Below, one piece after another: positions 25,701 through 39,000 of a stretch of DNA of 64,000 nt. The notes beneath the pieces were generated by a model. The model was not told the DNA's origin, did no database searches, and saw only the letters and a program-made list of their open reading frames with translations. Every line of letters begins with the position of its first letter. Within the stretch, counting starts at the first letter, position 1. Position numbers and translations under genes: made by a program. Source of the DNA: Monocercomonoides exilis PA203 (Eukaryota > Protista > Preaxostyla). The stretch spans positions 1 to 64,000 of the forward strand of contig LSRY02000068.1 in NCBI GenBank assembly GCA_001643675.2. The letters are read 5' to 3'.

Positions 25701-28700
25701 TGTAAAAGCGAGAGAGTTGGACAGCAGATGGGAATGAAGAAGAAAGAGAAGAATTCAACTTTTGTGAATGCTTCAAGGATTTTTGAAATGGTATGAGTTT
25801 TGAAGAAATTCTCATTTGCACTAATTTGCTAATGACATTTGAATCTATTTCAAATACTGACTTGTGGGGTGGAAGAGAAAATTGCTTTGATGAAGCTGAC
25901 TTCACAAGAGAGCTCTTTGAGGAAAGCGAATCTGAAGTGACCGCTGAGAAAGATGTGCTGCTTTCGGAACTGATTTCTCCATCGCTTTCTGACGAATGCT
26001 TCATTCTTCTCGATGAAGGCAAAGAAAGCGCCCTTTTAATCTTTTGCTGTAATTTGGCTTTTGATTTCTCTTTCTTTCCAATTTTGTTATTTGTTGCTGA
26101 AATATTCCTATTTTCATTATTTTCTTCAGAAATATTAGTCGAACTCTTTTTCTCATTCACTTTCTTCTCCATCAGCTCGGCCAAATCATTCATTCCCATC
26201 TCTTCCAACTGTCTCTTCATATTCTCCAAAGCTTCAATTTGCGACTGCTTTTCAACTGCCATTCTGAATATTTCTTTGTTTTTCTTTTCTTGTCTCTGCC
26301 ATCTGATCGAATAAGCAGCACGGAGAAGTCTGTTGAGAAGGCTGAAGAAGAAGAAGCTGAATGCATATGACATTCTGACACTTGGTTCGTTATCTGCATA
26401 AGTCGCCAAATGAGAGTAGAGAAGAGCAACAGAAGCAAGATTGGTGTTGGGGAGAGGCTGAAGCTGGAGAGGAGATGCTATTTCAACAGAAGACGAAAGC
26501 TTTGGCTGTGAAATAATGCATGGAGATATGCGAAGATGAGGGTACACAAAATCAATGAGGAAAAGATGGACTAAATCAAAAGCAATTGCAGCTGACGAAG
26601 AAGAAGAGGAAGCATTCTTACAAACAGCTTCTGACCTACCGTTCATTCCTTCTTCATCTGTACTTTCTTTCATATGTTGCTTATCTCCCTTTTCTCCATT
26701 GATACTCTTATTCTCTTCCACATTATTCTCAATCTCTTTTGTTTTCAGTACAATTTGATTGAGCGAATGTGAAATGTTCCATCCTTTCCATGTGAGTGGA
26801 GTAATTCTGTCGCTTTCTTCTTCTCGAGACAAAGAAAGAAGCCCCTTTCCTCTCATTTGGCCTTCGTGTGTGAACGGCTGGAACAGAAGCTGTGAAGAAT
26901 CAGCCGCATCAATCGACGATAAAGTCCGTGAGTCTGCCACAAATGAGACATAAACTGATTGAGAAGGAGAAGATTGATTGCAAGTCTGGTTGCTCATTGA
27001 AGCACTATTATTGATATTTATTCCCTGTGAAACAGCGAAGTTGTAATTTTGGCATTCAAAAGACTCCAGCAATGCTTCTTGTGGAAGAACTGTGTTTGAC
27101 AGCAAAAAGATGAAGTTGTCGCCAAGTGAATGAATAAAACGAGTAACACCAACACGAATGGCTGTATTGTCACTTCTTTGAAGAGAACGAGAAGCCGATA
27201 AATCTTCCATTCCTTCGTAATTCTCTGTCTTTCTTTTGTGGTTTGGAGAAGGCCCCTCTTCCATCACACGATTAAGACTCTCCCGCTGTGCTTGCTTCGA
27301 CATTGCTGATTTCTTCATCCTTCTTTGTGGCTGCTCTGAAAACTGCTGATAAACCTGAGGAGTGCCAACTTCTCCAAATGGCTGTGTCATCCGCTTTGAC
27401 TTCCTTTCCTCTGAAGAAGCAGAAATATGCTCGTCTTTTGAATTGCCAAGCAAAAGAGTGGTCAAAAGATAGGTCACATTCGAAGAAGGACTGATTGTGT
27501 CTCCGTATTCTGCAGCAGTTCTGCATTCGCTGCTCAAAACGTCTTCCTCGATGAGCACATTCTTCGAAAGATACTTTTGTCTCTTCTCAAACGATGAGCA
27601 ATTTCGAAGATAATAATCCCTTTCTTTTCTTCCTTCTTCTCCTTCAGCACAATCTTCTCCTTCCAAAAGCTGTGCATTTGCCATCCTTGTCGCATCTCTC
27701 GCATTTCCATCAGAAGGCAGCTGGATCTTCAGTCCAGCCAGTCTTCTTCTCAGCATCTCCATCTCCTTTCCACACGAAGCAATCATATTCTTCGAAAAGG
27801 GTGTCCGCAATGCCAAGTCCAACATCAGCTCTCCTTCATCCACCTTCAACAGCATGTGCAGTACCCCTTCGTCTCTCATCAGTCCCAACAGAGAACGTAG
27901 AAGCATCACTGAATGCGGCGTAGCATTCAGAAGAGCAGAAGAAGAAGCAGAAGATGCACTGACAATGGAAGATGAGGAAGAAGTTGAAGAAGAAGAGGTA
28001 GAGAAAGAAGAAAGAAGAGAAAGAAGAGTTGAAGAAGAAGATGATGATGATGATGATGAGTTTGAGGAAGGAGCAAGAGAAGGCAAAGACAGACAATTAT
28101 AAAGCGAGCTGCGAGGCCCCAATGAGGAAAACAGGCCAGCGGGTGAGAATTGTTCAGCTGTCAGCACAGAAAGAGGCACAAAGCGGTTCATTGTGAAGGA
28201 GAAGAAGAGGCGGAGCAGGCCGGCGCTGCGGAGAGATTGGAGCTGCTGAAGAAGGAGCATGTCGAGATGAGGATGCGACATCTCACTCAGCTTCTGCTGC
28301 TGCTGCTGCGAAAGAAGAGAAGAATGGAAGGAGGATTTATTGAATTTTCTTTGATTTTCGCTTTCGTCACATTCATTTTGCTTCCTTTTGACAATATCCC
28401 AACAAGTTCCTGAGTGCGAGAAGCAAACTGGACAAGTGCTTTCTGAGCAGAGTTCGTGCAGAGGACGGCGAGAGGCACACATCGCAATGATTGTCAAGGC
28501 AGACAGAGAGGCAGCACGCTGAGAAGGTTGGTAGTTGTCTTCGTCTTCATCATCGTCGTCAAAGAAAAAGGCTCGCGAGTAATATTTGCTAGAAAGTGAT
28601 GAAGGATTTGCTGCTCTTGAAGAAGAAGATGATGATGCACCAGAAAACGCGGAATTCATATCGTAAAGAGCTTCTTCCACTTCATTTGTAGCTCTCCTCT

Positions 28701-31700
28701 CTTCGTCAAAGACTGTCACAAACCCATTTTTTTCAGGGTTTCTGTGGTTTCTTTTGCCATCCTTTGTTCTTTCCTCTTTTGCCCATCGCAGGCCATTCAT
28801 TCCCCAGAGAGCTATCCGAAGCAAGATGCAGACTCCGCTCTGTGGATGAAGCGAAGACGCAGCGAGAGACACGTGAAGAGGAGAAGAAAGAAGCGGGCGA
28901 GGAGGTGGAAGGACAACAGGACTCGACAAATCGTGGTCATCTGATGAAGAGAAGGTGGAAGGTTGGAGAGGATGTGACTCAGATGGACGGGCAGAGGCAA
29001 AGGGAACGAAGGGAGATTGATGTGCAGGAGAGGAAGAGGAAGAAGGAGAAGAGGCAGAGAGGAGAGATTGAGGTGATGGCGCAGTTAATGGAGAGCCAGA
29101 AGTTCTATCTGAATGAGATTGAAGAAGAAGAGAAGCAGCAGGAGATGAAAATGTGGTTGTGGAAGAAGAGGAAGAGGAAGAAGAGAAGGAAGAGGAAGGT
29201 GAAAGTGACAATGAAGGAGAAGAAAATGCTGAAGTGCCAAAAGGAGAGGAAGATGAAAGAGGCGGAGGTAAAGATCGGTTTACCTGCTGTGACTGCTGCT
29301 GATGTGAAGGAGGAGAAGAAAACAAAGTGGAAAGAGTGGAGAGTGAAGACAATGTGCCAGCCGAAGACGCAGCTTGAGAAGAGGAAGAGGAAGAGGAAGA
29401 AGGCAGATTGATCATCACTTTCCTCTCCTGCATCAGTGGCGGGTGGGCGACAGAGGAGAGGAGGAGCGGTTGCAGGAGCGGGTGGAGGGAGAGGATGGCC
29501 AGCACAGCGAGTGAGTCGACCATCATCTCGACCGACCGCTGCGAAGAAGGCTTGATGCAGGACTGGCTTATGAAGAGGAGGGCGTTGATGCCTCCCTCAC
29601 GCACAAAGGAAGCGACAGGAGCAGAGAAAAGAGAAGGAAAGGTGGAGAAACTGGGACGGCAGCGGAATTCTCGAAGAGAAGAGAAAAGGGGAGAAGTGGA
29701 AGAGGAAGGAGGAGGAGAGACGAATGAAGAGACTAGTGAAAGTGCTGCGGTTTCTGAACCAACTGTCAAAGAATGACGCGCTGAGAGAAAAGAGAAGAAA
29801 GAGGTTGGCTTCAGATTGGAAGAATAGGACGGACGAGGTGATGATGATGATGATGATGATGATGCAGATACAATCTTTGTTTGTGGAGATGCTGATGAAA
29901 TAGAAGTTGTATTTCGATGAGAACTTTGAGGAGAAAGAGAAGGCATTTCCTTTGGCAGAGTGGGATATTCTCTCACAAGCCATCTTCTCCTTTTTTCGTT
30001 TCTTTTCTGTTTCTGAGCATCATTCGATAAGTTGATTTTGACGCTTCTTTCGACCATCAACATCTTCTTCTTCTGCTTCAGTGAATTCTTCAGTCGAGTC
30101 AGCAGCATCACAAATGACGTCTCCTCTGCTGCCATCACAACGCCCATGCGGAAGAACATGCGGACGGCATGAACAGCCGCCGTGACTGTTACCCGTGTGT
30201 GTGCCAGGCGTATCATCATCTGCTGCCTCTGATGCGCTGCAAACGACCTCGCATCCACCACAATCGACGGCGAAGGAGAGGAGGCAGGCGCAGGTGTGGG
30301 CTGAATGTGGTGCCGGTGGAAATCGATGGCACTCGGCAGACGATAAGGTGCAACTTCGACACTGCGACGGGAGGCAGAAGGAGTGTGAGGATGAGAGGCA
30401 TCGGGATGAGAAGAAGAGGAAGAGGAAGAGGAAGAGGAAGAGGAAGAGGAAGAGGAGGATGTAGCTGTGTGATTGTCATGATGATTGTGATGGCGAGATG
30501 AGTGTGAATGATGATTGTGACTCCTGTGGAATGCATGCCTATGATTGTGAGTTCCTCTTCTTCCTCTTCTTCTCCTTCTCCTCCTTCCAGATGAATGTGT
30601 TGTTTCGTGTGAATGCAAATCGCTGAATGAATCCGAAGTTCCACTCCTCACTGCAATTGGAGCTTGAATGACTTGTCCAGCTGAAGACTGCTGAGCTGTT
30701 GACGAAGCAGATGTTGTCGTTGTGGATGATGGTTGATTCGAAGCTATCTCATTATGTTGTGTTTGTGTTTGCGTTGGCTGTGCACTTGAGCTGGCTGGTT
30801 GTTGATGTTGATTTTGCTGTTGCAAACTTTCCTCGTTCCTTCCATCCAAATGCTCTGTTGGGTGACTTTCATTGTTTTCCTCCTCAGTCTGCATCTCGTT
30901 CTGTGTGTGACGAGAATCAGCACCTTCAGATCTCGTATTGGGCGACAGAGCAGCAGAAGACGAGGACTCTTCATTGTCTGTTTCAGAGACAGCAGATGAG
31001 GAAGAGTCAGATGAGAGAGAAAGAGCATTGTCTGTTGTGGGTGTGGGCTGCCTGGAACGGAACGGGTTGGTGCTACTGGAATCTGAGCTGGATTCATCTG
31101 AAGAAGAAGATGATGATGATGACTCATCATTGTCAGAGGAAGAAGCAGAAGAAGAAATAGATTCTGACATTAAACTTCCATTATCACCGCTACCACCACC
31201 ACTGCTACTGCTGCCATCATCATCATCATCTGAATCCGAATTCAAACTTCCCGCTGAGTTTGCATCGCTCAAATGATTCGTTCTGCTGTGGTTGCTCTGA
31301 TGCTGTCTGTGATGGCTGTGCAGTCGATGAGACTCTTCGCTCCATTCGCTGTCTGAATACGAGCCTTCAGAGCTATCTCCTGATGAAGATAGCGAACTGG
31401 ACCTGTTTCTCGACCCACTTCTTGATCTGCTTCTGCTTCTTGACTCGCTTCTTCTTCTTCTTCTTCTTCTTCTATTTCTGTGCATTTCCTCCTCCTGATT
31501 GTTCTGCCCAACGCCAAACCAGTCTGGATTCGCGCCTGCTGGGTTGTAGAGTGACTCAGGTACATCATCCCTCTCCTTCTGCGATGTCCACTGCAACAGA
31601 GGGACAAGCGTCTCCATCCCGTTCATCCGCTCAAAGAGCCACACAACTGCTGGGTAGGCGAACGAGGCAGCGAGGAAGAGGCAGGCGTGTTTGCGGGCAT

Positions 31701-34700
31701 AGAGCGAGTGGGAGGAGAGGAGCCAGACAGACAGGTGAAGGAGACGAGGGAGGACAGTGGACTCCATTGGAGATGGGGGAAGAGGAGAAAGGTGAGTGTA
31801 GGTGAGGAGAGAGTAGAGAGAAGGAAGGAGAGGAGAGGAAGAGGAAGAAGAAGGAGGAGGAGGAGAAGGGGGATGAAGAAGATTAGAAAAAGAAGAGGAA
31901 GTTATTTCATTCTTTTGTGCTTTGTGCAATGGCTTAGGAGTAGAAATGATGGGAGAAGATGATGACAATGAAGACGATGAAGAAGGGAGTGATATAAGTG
32001 GACAAGGAATGGGCTGGTTGTTTGATTCATTTGAGTCAGGCAGGCCAAACAGAAGAGGATCGTAGTAATTCCACCAGAAGAGAGAACTGAGAGACGAATC
32101 GGCTGTTTCTTCATCTTCTTCAAAGAAGACACGCAGAAGCAACTCGTCTTCACTCATTTCTGTGTCTTTTGTGAAAGAAGAAGAAGCAGAAGAGGAAGAC
32201 GTTGCTGTTGATGTTGAATTTGAAGGAGATGATGAAGGAGATGAGAGAGATGGATCGCTCAATTCATTTGCCTTCAAATTTTGTCGCATTCTGTGCCATT
32301 TAGCCACTTTGCTTACAAGCTGTTCTCTTTCTCTTTCTCCTCTCCTTCCTCTTCCCAGCCACTCAAACAAAAGAAAGTTATTTCTTTCAAGCTCTTCAAT
32401 CATTAGCGAAAGCTGCTTCTCGTCCTTCTTCACTATGTTTGTTTGTCCATCCATTCTATTCGAATTCTCTTCAATCGAATATTTTCTATCATCATCATCC
32501 TCTTCTTCTTCTTCAATTATTCCATTTCTTCTTTCTTTCCCTTTCTTCCCCATCCTCATCATCCTCCTTCTCTCTCTCTCCTTCTCTCTCTCCCATCTTC
32601 CTCTCTCTCCTTCTCCTTCTCCCGCTCCTCCTCTTCCTGACTGCCACACCACTGCACTGCCAACAGCCTCCTGCAGTTTTGGCAGAATCCTCTGCAACAC
32701 ACAGCGACTGACAGCAGAGTCCATCGCACTTACTGAATCAGCCACAGTTGAAAGGGAAAGCGCCACACCATTCTGAAGCAGAGGAGAGCGAGGAAGAGCA
32801 CACACAAAGGAGACGAACTGGGAGAGAGGAAGAAGAGTATCGAGGGTAGCGGGCTGTTGGAAGAGGGATATGATGTCTCTGGTGGTGAATGAAGAGGAAA
32901 GAGAAGAAGACGGCGATGATGATGCAGCATTGTCTAATGAAGTAATTTCTTGTTGTTGTGATTGTTGCTGAGAAGACTTAATATAATTTCCATTTCTGAT
33001 GAATGTGCAGATGAGGCGGAGAAACTCGTTGATGTGTTTCAATTCCAAAGAAGAGAAGATCGGCAGCGACTGATCAAGAACAGACAGCCACAGCTGAATA
33101 CATTCAGTTGTTGTGAGGCAGATGTATTCAGATTGAGTGGAAGAAGAGGAAGAGGAAGAGATAGAAGAGGAGGAAGATGATGATGAAGTGCTTAGCTGGG
33201 AATGAATGGAAGAGTCCTGATTGAGTGAGGTGTGTGTTAATACTTTCACCAAAGGCGATGGAAGTGTTGGTACAAAAGTGTTCTCGTTGAAGAGAGAAGA
33301 AGGAGGAACACGGGGCTTTGTTTTGTGTGAATGAGGAGCAGAAACAGAAGAAGAGGAAGAAGAAGATGAAGATGAAGATGATGATGATGATGATGAAGTC
33401 TGTCCATCAGAAGAAGTTTGCTCTTGAAGTGAAGTGGATGGAGTTGTTTGATTTTGTGAAGGTGTGAGAGAATCAGCATTTGAAGGATCAGATGAAGAAG
33501 AAGCAGGAGAGGAAGAAGAAGAAGAAGAAGAAGAAGTGAGTTGAGTTTGCTGAGCAGAAGCATCATCTTCCATTGCATTTGATGTTGATTGTGGCAAGTT
33601 GCTATCTCCATTATCATTATTGTCGTGATGTCTGTGATGATGGCGATGATGGCGTCGATCATTCGCTTTGTGTGCTTTGATGAATGGACTGCGTATTTCT
33701 GAAGGAACAGGCAGAACCAAATTGTAGCTGGCCAAACTTTGCAGAGAAGAAGGCTTCAAAGCAGAATCAGCAGCATCTTGTGAGTCTGACGATGCATCAA
33801 ATGATTCATTGGATGAAGCAATTGGAGTAGTTGATAAGTCATTCACATTGTCATTCACATTGTCATTATCATCATCATCATCAACGATTGCCATTGGGAA
33901 ATGAGAGAGGAATGAACTGAAGGCAAAAGAAGACAAGCAGCAAGCAGAAGACGACGGCAGGCCGAGTTTTCTCTTCAGCTCGTCTGCAAAGCGGATGCTG
34001 GCGACAGAGCAGCTGTCTGAGCGGATGGCGTGGCTGCTGCTGTGTGTTGGTGGGAGTTTGTGTGCAGTTTGTGCTGATTTCTGTTCTGGATGACTGAGAT
34101 GGAGAGCAAAAGGAAGAGGAGAAATGGCAACGGTCTGCGTTGGTGTTGGTGATGATTGTGAAGGTTGCGCTTCTTCAGCCAGAATCAGCTTTTCAGGCTC
34201 AGCAGAAGACGATGAAGCAGCAGATTCTGATGCTGATGATTTATCTGCCGTGTTGTTGAGTGCTTTAGCAGATCCATTCAACGTCTGCCTGTATTCCATC
34301 TCGTCACTCACCAGCTTGACAAAGGAAACTCGCCTGCGCGACACATTTGCAGGGCTTCTGCTCAGCTTCACGGCGACTGAGCCCAACTGCCACAGCGAAG
34401 AGATCGACGCAGCAGAAGAGCAGAGAGCCCGCAAGCCGACTGTGCAGCAGAGAAACTCCAGCGACGCCAGCTCTCTTTCACTGGGAAGCGGAGGGAGAAG
34501 CAGCTGAGACGCTGCAGATTTGGCTGGAGATGCAGGTGAAGAGAGCGATGAATGAGGCAGTGGCGATGAAGCAATTGCTGTTGTTGGTGCTGTCTGCTTC
34601 AATGAAGGAAGCGAAGTTGAAAAAGAAGAAGTGTTCGACTTTTGAGTTGTGATGGATGAGGCGGTAAACGAGTGTTCCTCTGCACTTTCTGAAGTTTGCA

Positions 34701-35550
34701 GTGAAAAATAAACTTTTCATCAATCATGGGATAAAAAGATGCATCAAATAAACGAAAAAATAGCGCATACTGATTAAAGATGTTAAACGAGTCAATAAAA
34801 TCGATGAAAAGCCAAGATCAAGAATTTGTTGACGAAACGATCCATATGAACAAAGAAGAGAAATCACAGCTGTTGAAAACACTCTGGACGCATAGCATTC
34901 ATCTTCAACAGCAATTTGCCAAATGGTTTCAAAAAGAAGATCCTAAATATCAAAAATTTTTATTGAGATTAACAACGGTAACTGTTTTTCAACATTTTGA
35001 CATACATCTTCGAAATGTGCTTGAATAACGACATCAGGAAGGTTTTTACACAAGGCATACAAAAATTGAAGAGCATAAGGTCGTATTAATTGATTTTTTA
35101 AGTAATCATTGCAAAGCTACATTAGATTGCAAAATGAAAAAAGTTAAACTTCAAAAACAATTTAAAAATAGCTTGCACAAACAGTTTCAAGAAAAGTGTC
35201 TTCTTTGATGATGCAATCTATAAAAAATCCAATTCGATATTCTTTTATAAAAGGAAATATTCATTTGTTGACATTTTTTGATAGAAATAGAATACAATAC
35301 CTTCTGTCCGATCAACACTTGTATCAGTGACTTTATTTCGATATTCCTCTTCCATTTCCTCGCAATCTTGAGTCATATTGAGAAGAATTTTAACAATACT
35401 TTGAGGTTTAATTTTTCGTGAATGTAAAAGTTTTCGAAAGCGTCTCCTCATTAATTTCGAAACTTTTCGTTCGTTTTCAGTTAATTCGATTTCATTTGAA
35501 AAATCCGTTTCATCGCCTAGCGACAAATCACCAGACGAAATTTCTGTCAT
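22714..35550 (-). CDS. DCAF1: DCAF1/VprBP homologue (CRL4 substrate receptor), ~4180 aa; exons 35550-35301, 35217-35183, 35116-35006, 34942-34771, 34688-22714
   Basis: Four GT-AG introns (83, 66, 63, 82 nt) join all exons in frame. DCAF1-like blocks: IVKILLNMTQDCEEMEEEYR; RKHACLFLAASFAYPAVVWLFERMNGMETL; LisH-like QLEEMGMNDLAELMEK; WD40 LWDVRTQTLVHSFD, FHPNGNYILIDGEVYDSR..LLDFVPFL and SFSVVDAERFEVIGEKDVGERITDL; long acidic C-tail. Confidence 0.88.
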
Positions 35551-35596
35551 TTTTCAAATAAAAAATTGGTTTCTTTTGATCAATCAAAATACAAAT

Positions 35597-35790
35597 GGGG
35601 CAAAATTTTTGTAATTATGAAAAAAACTGAGATTTGTTCTAAACTTTTTCTGCAATCATTTCATTATAAATCAACAGTAACAATGCAAATAATTACAGAA
35701 AAATTCAAAAATTGAGAAAAATATTTAAGAATATTGAATGGAACAAAATTCATAAAGCAAATTATTTTGTCAAAGACATAAGTTTATATC
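35597..35790 (+). mobile_element. MITE copy (GGGGCAAAATT terminus; right end decayed)
   Basis: Reverse-complement similarity over ~170 bp to 38359-38576; preceded by AAAT. Confidence 0.7.
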
Positions 35791-35925
35791 AAAATAAAAC
35801 ATGACAATGATAAAAAATTGTAACATTATTTCCTCAATGTTGTTAATAATGTATTAAATTTGAAAAAAAAACCACAACGAGAAACAAGTGAATGAATTTT
35901 CTTTTCGCTTTCTTTCCTTTCTCTT

Positions 35926-38229
35926 TCAAAAGCTTTCATCAAGTAAATTTATATACCCAGTCATAACCGTCAAATCAACCAATCCTTCTTCTTCAAAAAG
36001 ATCCAACGATTTTGAACACACATTCAACAGCTGCCTCTTTATTTGCATTTCCTTTCTTTCTCTCTTCCTTTTCTCCTTCGTCTTTCTCTTTGTTTCCTTT
36101 TCAGCTATTTCCGCTCCATTTTCTGTGTCTTCTTGATCTGATTTCAAGTTCTCTAATTGATCTTCTTCATTTTTACTGCTTTCTTCACTATCTCTCAATG
36201 TTTCATAACTATCTGTTTCTTCCTCTGTGCTAACTCCCTCTTCTGTCTCGGCTAAAATATCTCTTTTTGTGTTTCTCCTTCTCTTAGTCAGCAAATCTCT
36301 TAGCAACACCATCGAAGTGATGTTCTCATTATATTCACAAAACTCCCTCTGACTAAATGTATGTGAAACGAATGTCTTCAGCAATTCAGTTTTCCCTATC
36401 CATTCAACCACATCTTTATCACTTCCTTTTTCTGCAATTCGAGTCAAAATCTTGCCTTGAATGCCTGAATAGATTTCATTTACTATCTTCTGCTTAAAAA
36501 GTCTTGTCAACGTGGACACAAATCCAGGGATGCGATACAGCATTGGGAAAAAGGTTTTGCAAGCAGTGCCACTTCCTTGTTTTTCTGCACTTTCGCTAAA
36601 AGTATCCAAATTTCCTGTGTTTATCTCCTTATCAAATTCATTCTTTTCATTGTTGTTGTTTTTCTCATTCACTTTGCTAGAATCGAATGCTCTTATTGGG
36701 TCATTTTCTTCAGAAGTGATGAAGCATCCTTCTTTCTGCAAAATAAAGCTGTCTATGTTATCTTCTTTGGATGCATGCTTCACGTCATAGAAATTTACAA
36801 GTTCATCTTCAGCTTCAAAATAAATTAAGCTTTCTATCAATTGCAGTGTTTCAGAAACAAGATGATCAGCAGCAGATTTGTCAAACCTAAAATAAGATTT
36901 AAAATAAGATTAAAAATAATAATAATAATAATAATAATAATTATAATAATAAAGATAAAGATAAAGATAAAGAAAAATATTAAAATAAAAAAAAAAAAGA
37001 ATTGTTTCAATCTGAGCATACCACGAATGTGGATTGTGTACAAAATAAACAGGCGATTCAATGACTTCTGAAGGCCAGCGGCAATGGTGTGGATGCGTGT
37101 CAGGAAAAGGAGATGAAAATGGAGGATAAAATTTGGGATCCAAAGGAAGAGCAGGCAAAGCCTGGAATTTTTGCTGCATGGAACTTGAAGAAGAAGAAGA
37201 AGAAGAAGAAGAAGAAGAAGAAGAAGAAGAAGAAGAAGAAGAAGAAGAAGAATGACGAAGAGAGGAAGAAGATAGAGTTTGCTCAGAGCTTTTGCAGATA
37301 TGTTGAAAAGATGGATTGCTATTAATAAACTGGACTAAAAATTCAGCGATATTTGTTTCCCTGTACAAAAACTCTATGATACTCGAATTATGAAAAGTTA
37401 AAGACTGCAGCACGTGCATCGCTTCGGATACAACATTCACACAAGGATGAGATAAAAATGCGAGCACGCGCTGTGAAACATGCTCGTGATAAATTAGTGC
37501 AAGTCTCTCTGATTGCGAAGTTTTAAAAAAATTGGAAAAAAAAATATTTAGAAAAATATTTTTTTGTGAAATTTGCAAACTTGGGACAGAATGCCCTTCA
37601 ATGACGCATGCCAATGCATATAACAGTTGTCCAGCCTCTGCATAATTCTTTTTTGATAAAGCCTTTGTTTCTGTAATATTCAATAACTCAGGAACCAAAA
37701 TACGACGTTCATTGGCCTGTAAATCATGACATTTAATAAAAGCAAAGAAAGCACAAATAGCATCTTCATGAGCGGATTGAGATAGCGTTTTCATCTGAGT
37801 AAAATCAAATAACACTTTTCTCATTTCATTGTACTGTTTTTCATCATCAGGACAAATACGATTAGACTCATCCCACCATAAGTCCGTGCTTCCCAAATAT
37901 AATTGATATCTAATGGATCTGATTGCTTTTTCTCTAATTTTTAAAGGAAGGGAAAACGCTTCAATTGTAAATTCAAAGAATAGATCGCAAAATTTCTCAT
38001 AAAATTCAAAATTCTTTGAAATGTTTATTAAACGACAAGCATTTTTCTCAAATTTATCGATATCGGATATGTCACATGTGTTGCATTTCATTTTCTTCAA
38101 CAAATCTGTTTGTAATATTAAATTGAAAATTATTTGCCCATTTTATAAACATTTCTTATTCAAACCCTTTCCTTGTGAAATAACAGCTTCCAAAAATTCA
38201 TTCCATTTTTCACTTGATATTGATTCCAT
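35926..38229 (-). CDS. Uncharacterised alpha-helical (ARM/HEAT-like) protein, ~702 aa; exons 38229-38166, 38105-37022, 36886-35926
   Basis: Two GT-AG introns (60 and 135 nt) join ATG 38229 and ORFs 36910-38103 and 35926-36840 in frame. ARM-like segment VLAFLSHPCVNVVSEAMHVLQSLTFHN; poly-Ser insert. Confidence 0.75.
36910..36972. repeat. (TAA)n and (TAAAGA)n microsatellites inside intron 2 of the ARM-like gene
   Basis: Seen directly. Confidence 0.85.
37187..37252. repeat. Perfect (GAA)22 coding trinucleotide repeat, read as poly-Ser on the minus strand
   Basis: 66-nt uninterrupted run. Confidence 0.95.
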
Positions 38230-38358
38230 TTTCAAAATTTTGTAGGTATCTTTCTTTGTAACGTAAGGAAATTGATGATTTATATTTTATTTGTAATTAG
38301 CTACTTAAATAGTCCGTTCTGATCATTAAAAGAATATACTTCATATATGAACAAATAT

Positions 38359-38452
38359 GGGGCAAAATTCTTAAACAGTACGAAGTTTTATTCTTTATGA
38401 ATTTTGTTCCATGAAATCCTTCCTAAAATTTTTCTCAATTTTCCAATTTTTC

Positions 38453-38491
<39 letters not shown>

Positions 38492-38576
38492 ATTGTAATG
38501 GAAGACTTCTTATGATGAAATTGTTAAAAAGGTTTGGAATATATCTCAGTTTTCAAAATTACTAAAATTGTGCCCC
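38359..38576 (-). mobile_element. 218-bp MITE with GGGG...CCCC termini
   Basis: TIRs GGGGCAAAATT / AATTGTGCCCC (1 mismatch); flanks ATAT / AAAT; internal long poly-T; related copies at 35597 and 5250. Confidence 0.8.
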
Positions 38577-38730
38577 AAATTATAAAATCCTAGCTGGACA
38601 TGTTATATTGGTATCGATTCAAAATAAAAAATGTAAAAAAGTGGAATGATTAATAATGTTGAAAAGATTCTCAGTTTTTATAGGAAAATCATAAAAAGAA
38701 AAAAAAAAATCATTGTTGTTCATCAAAAAC

Positions 38731-39000
38731 TTTATTTTCTCTTTATTCGGTTAATATTAGAGATTCTTCTTTCTTTTCTGTTGAGTATTCAAAACAATGG
38801 TTCATTCTGGTTTATTTCAAAGTGTACCAATGAAAACTTATGAATGCAGCTCTGAATATATTAATTATTCAGAAAGCAGTTTTTTTCAATTCATTTTTCA
38901 TGAGTACAATTTGAAATAAACCAGAATGAACCATTGCAAATGCTTCTCAAAACAAAAGAAAGAAACGCCTATAACATCAAACAAATTTAGAGAAAATAAA
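38731..39000. repeat. ~270-bp foldback palindrome
   Basis: Perfect 27-bp inverted repeat 38795-38821 / 38910-38936, with imperfect pairing outward (TTTATTTTCTCT / AGAGAAAATAAA) and inward (TCTGAATA / TATTCAGA). Confidence 0.88.

Noticed and set aside
22527-34723. Many short overlapping ORFs with poly-K/R/M/H/L
   Set aside because: Alternative-frame readings of trinucleotide tracts in the DCAF1 gene.
35245-35550. Stand-alone 101-aa gene
   Set aside because: Better explained as exon 1 of DCAF1, with a GTATTG donor at 35300.
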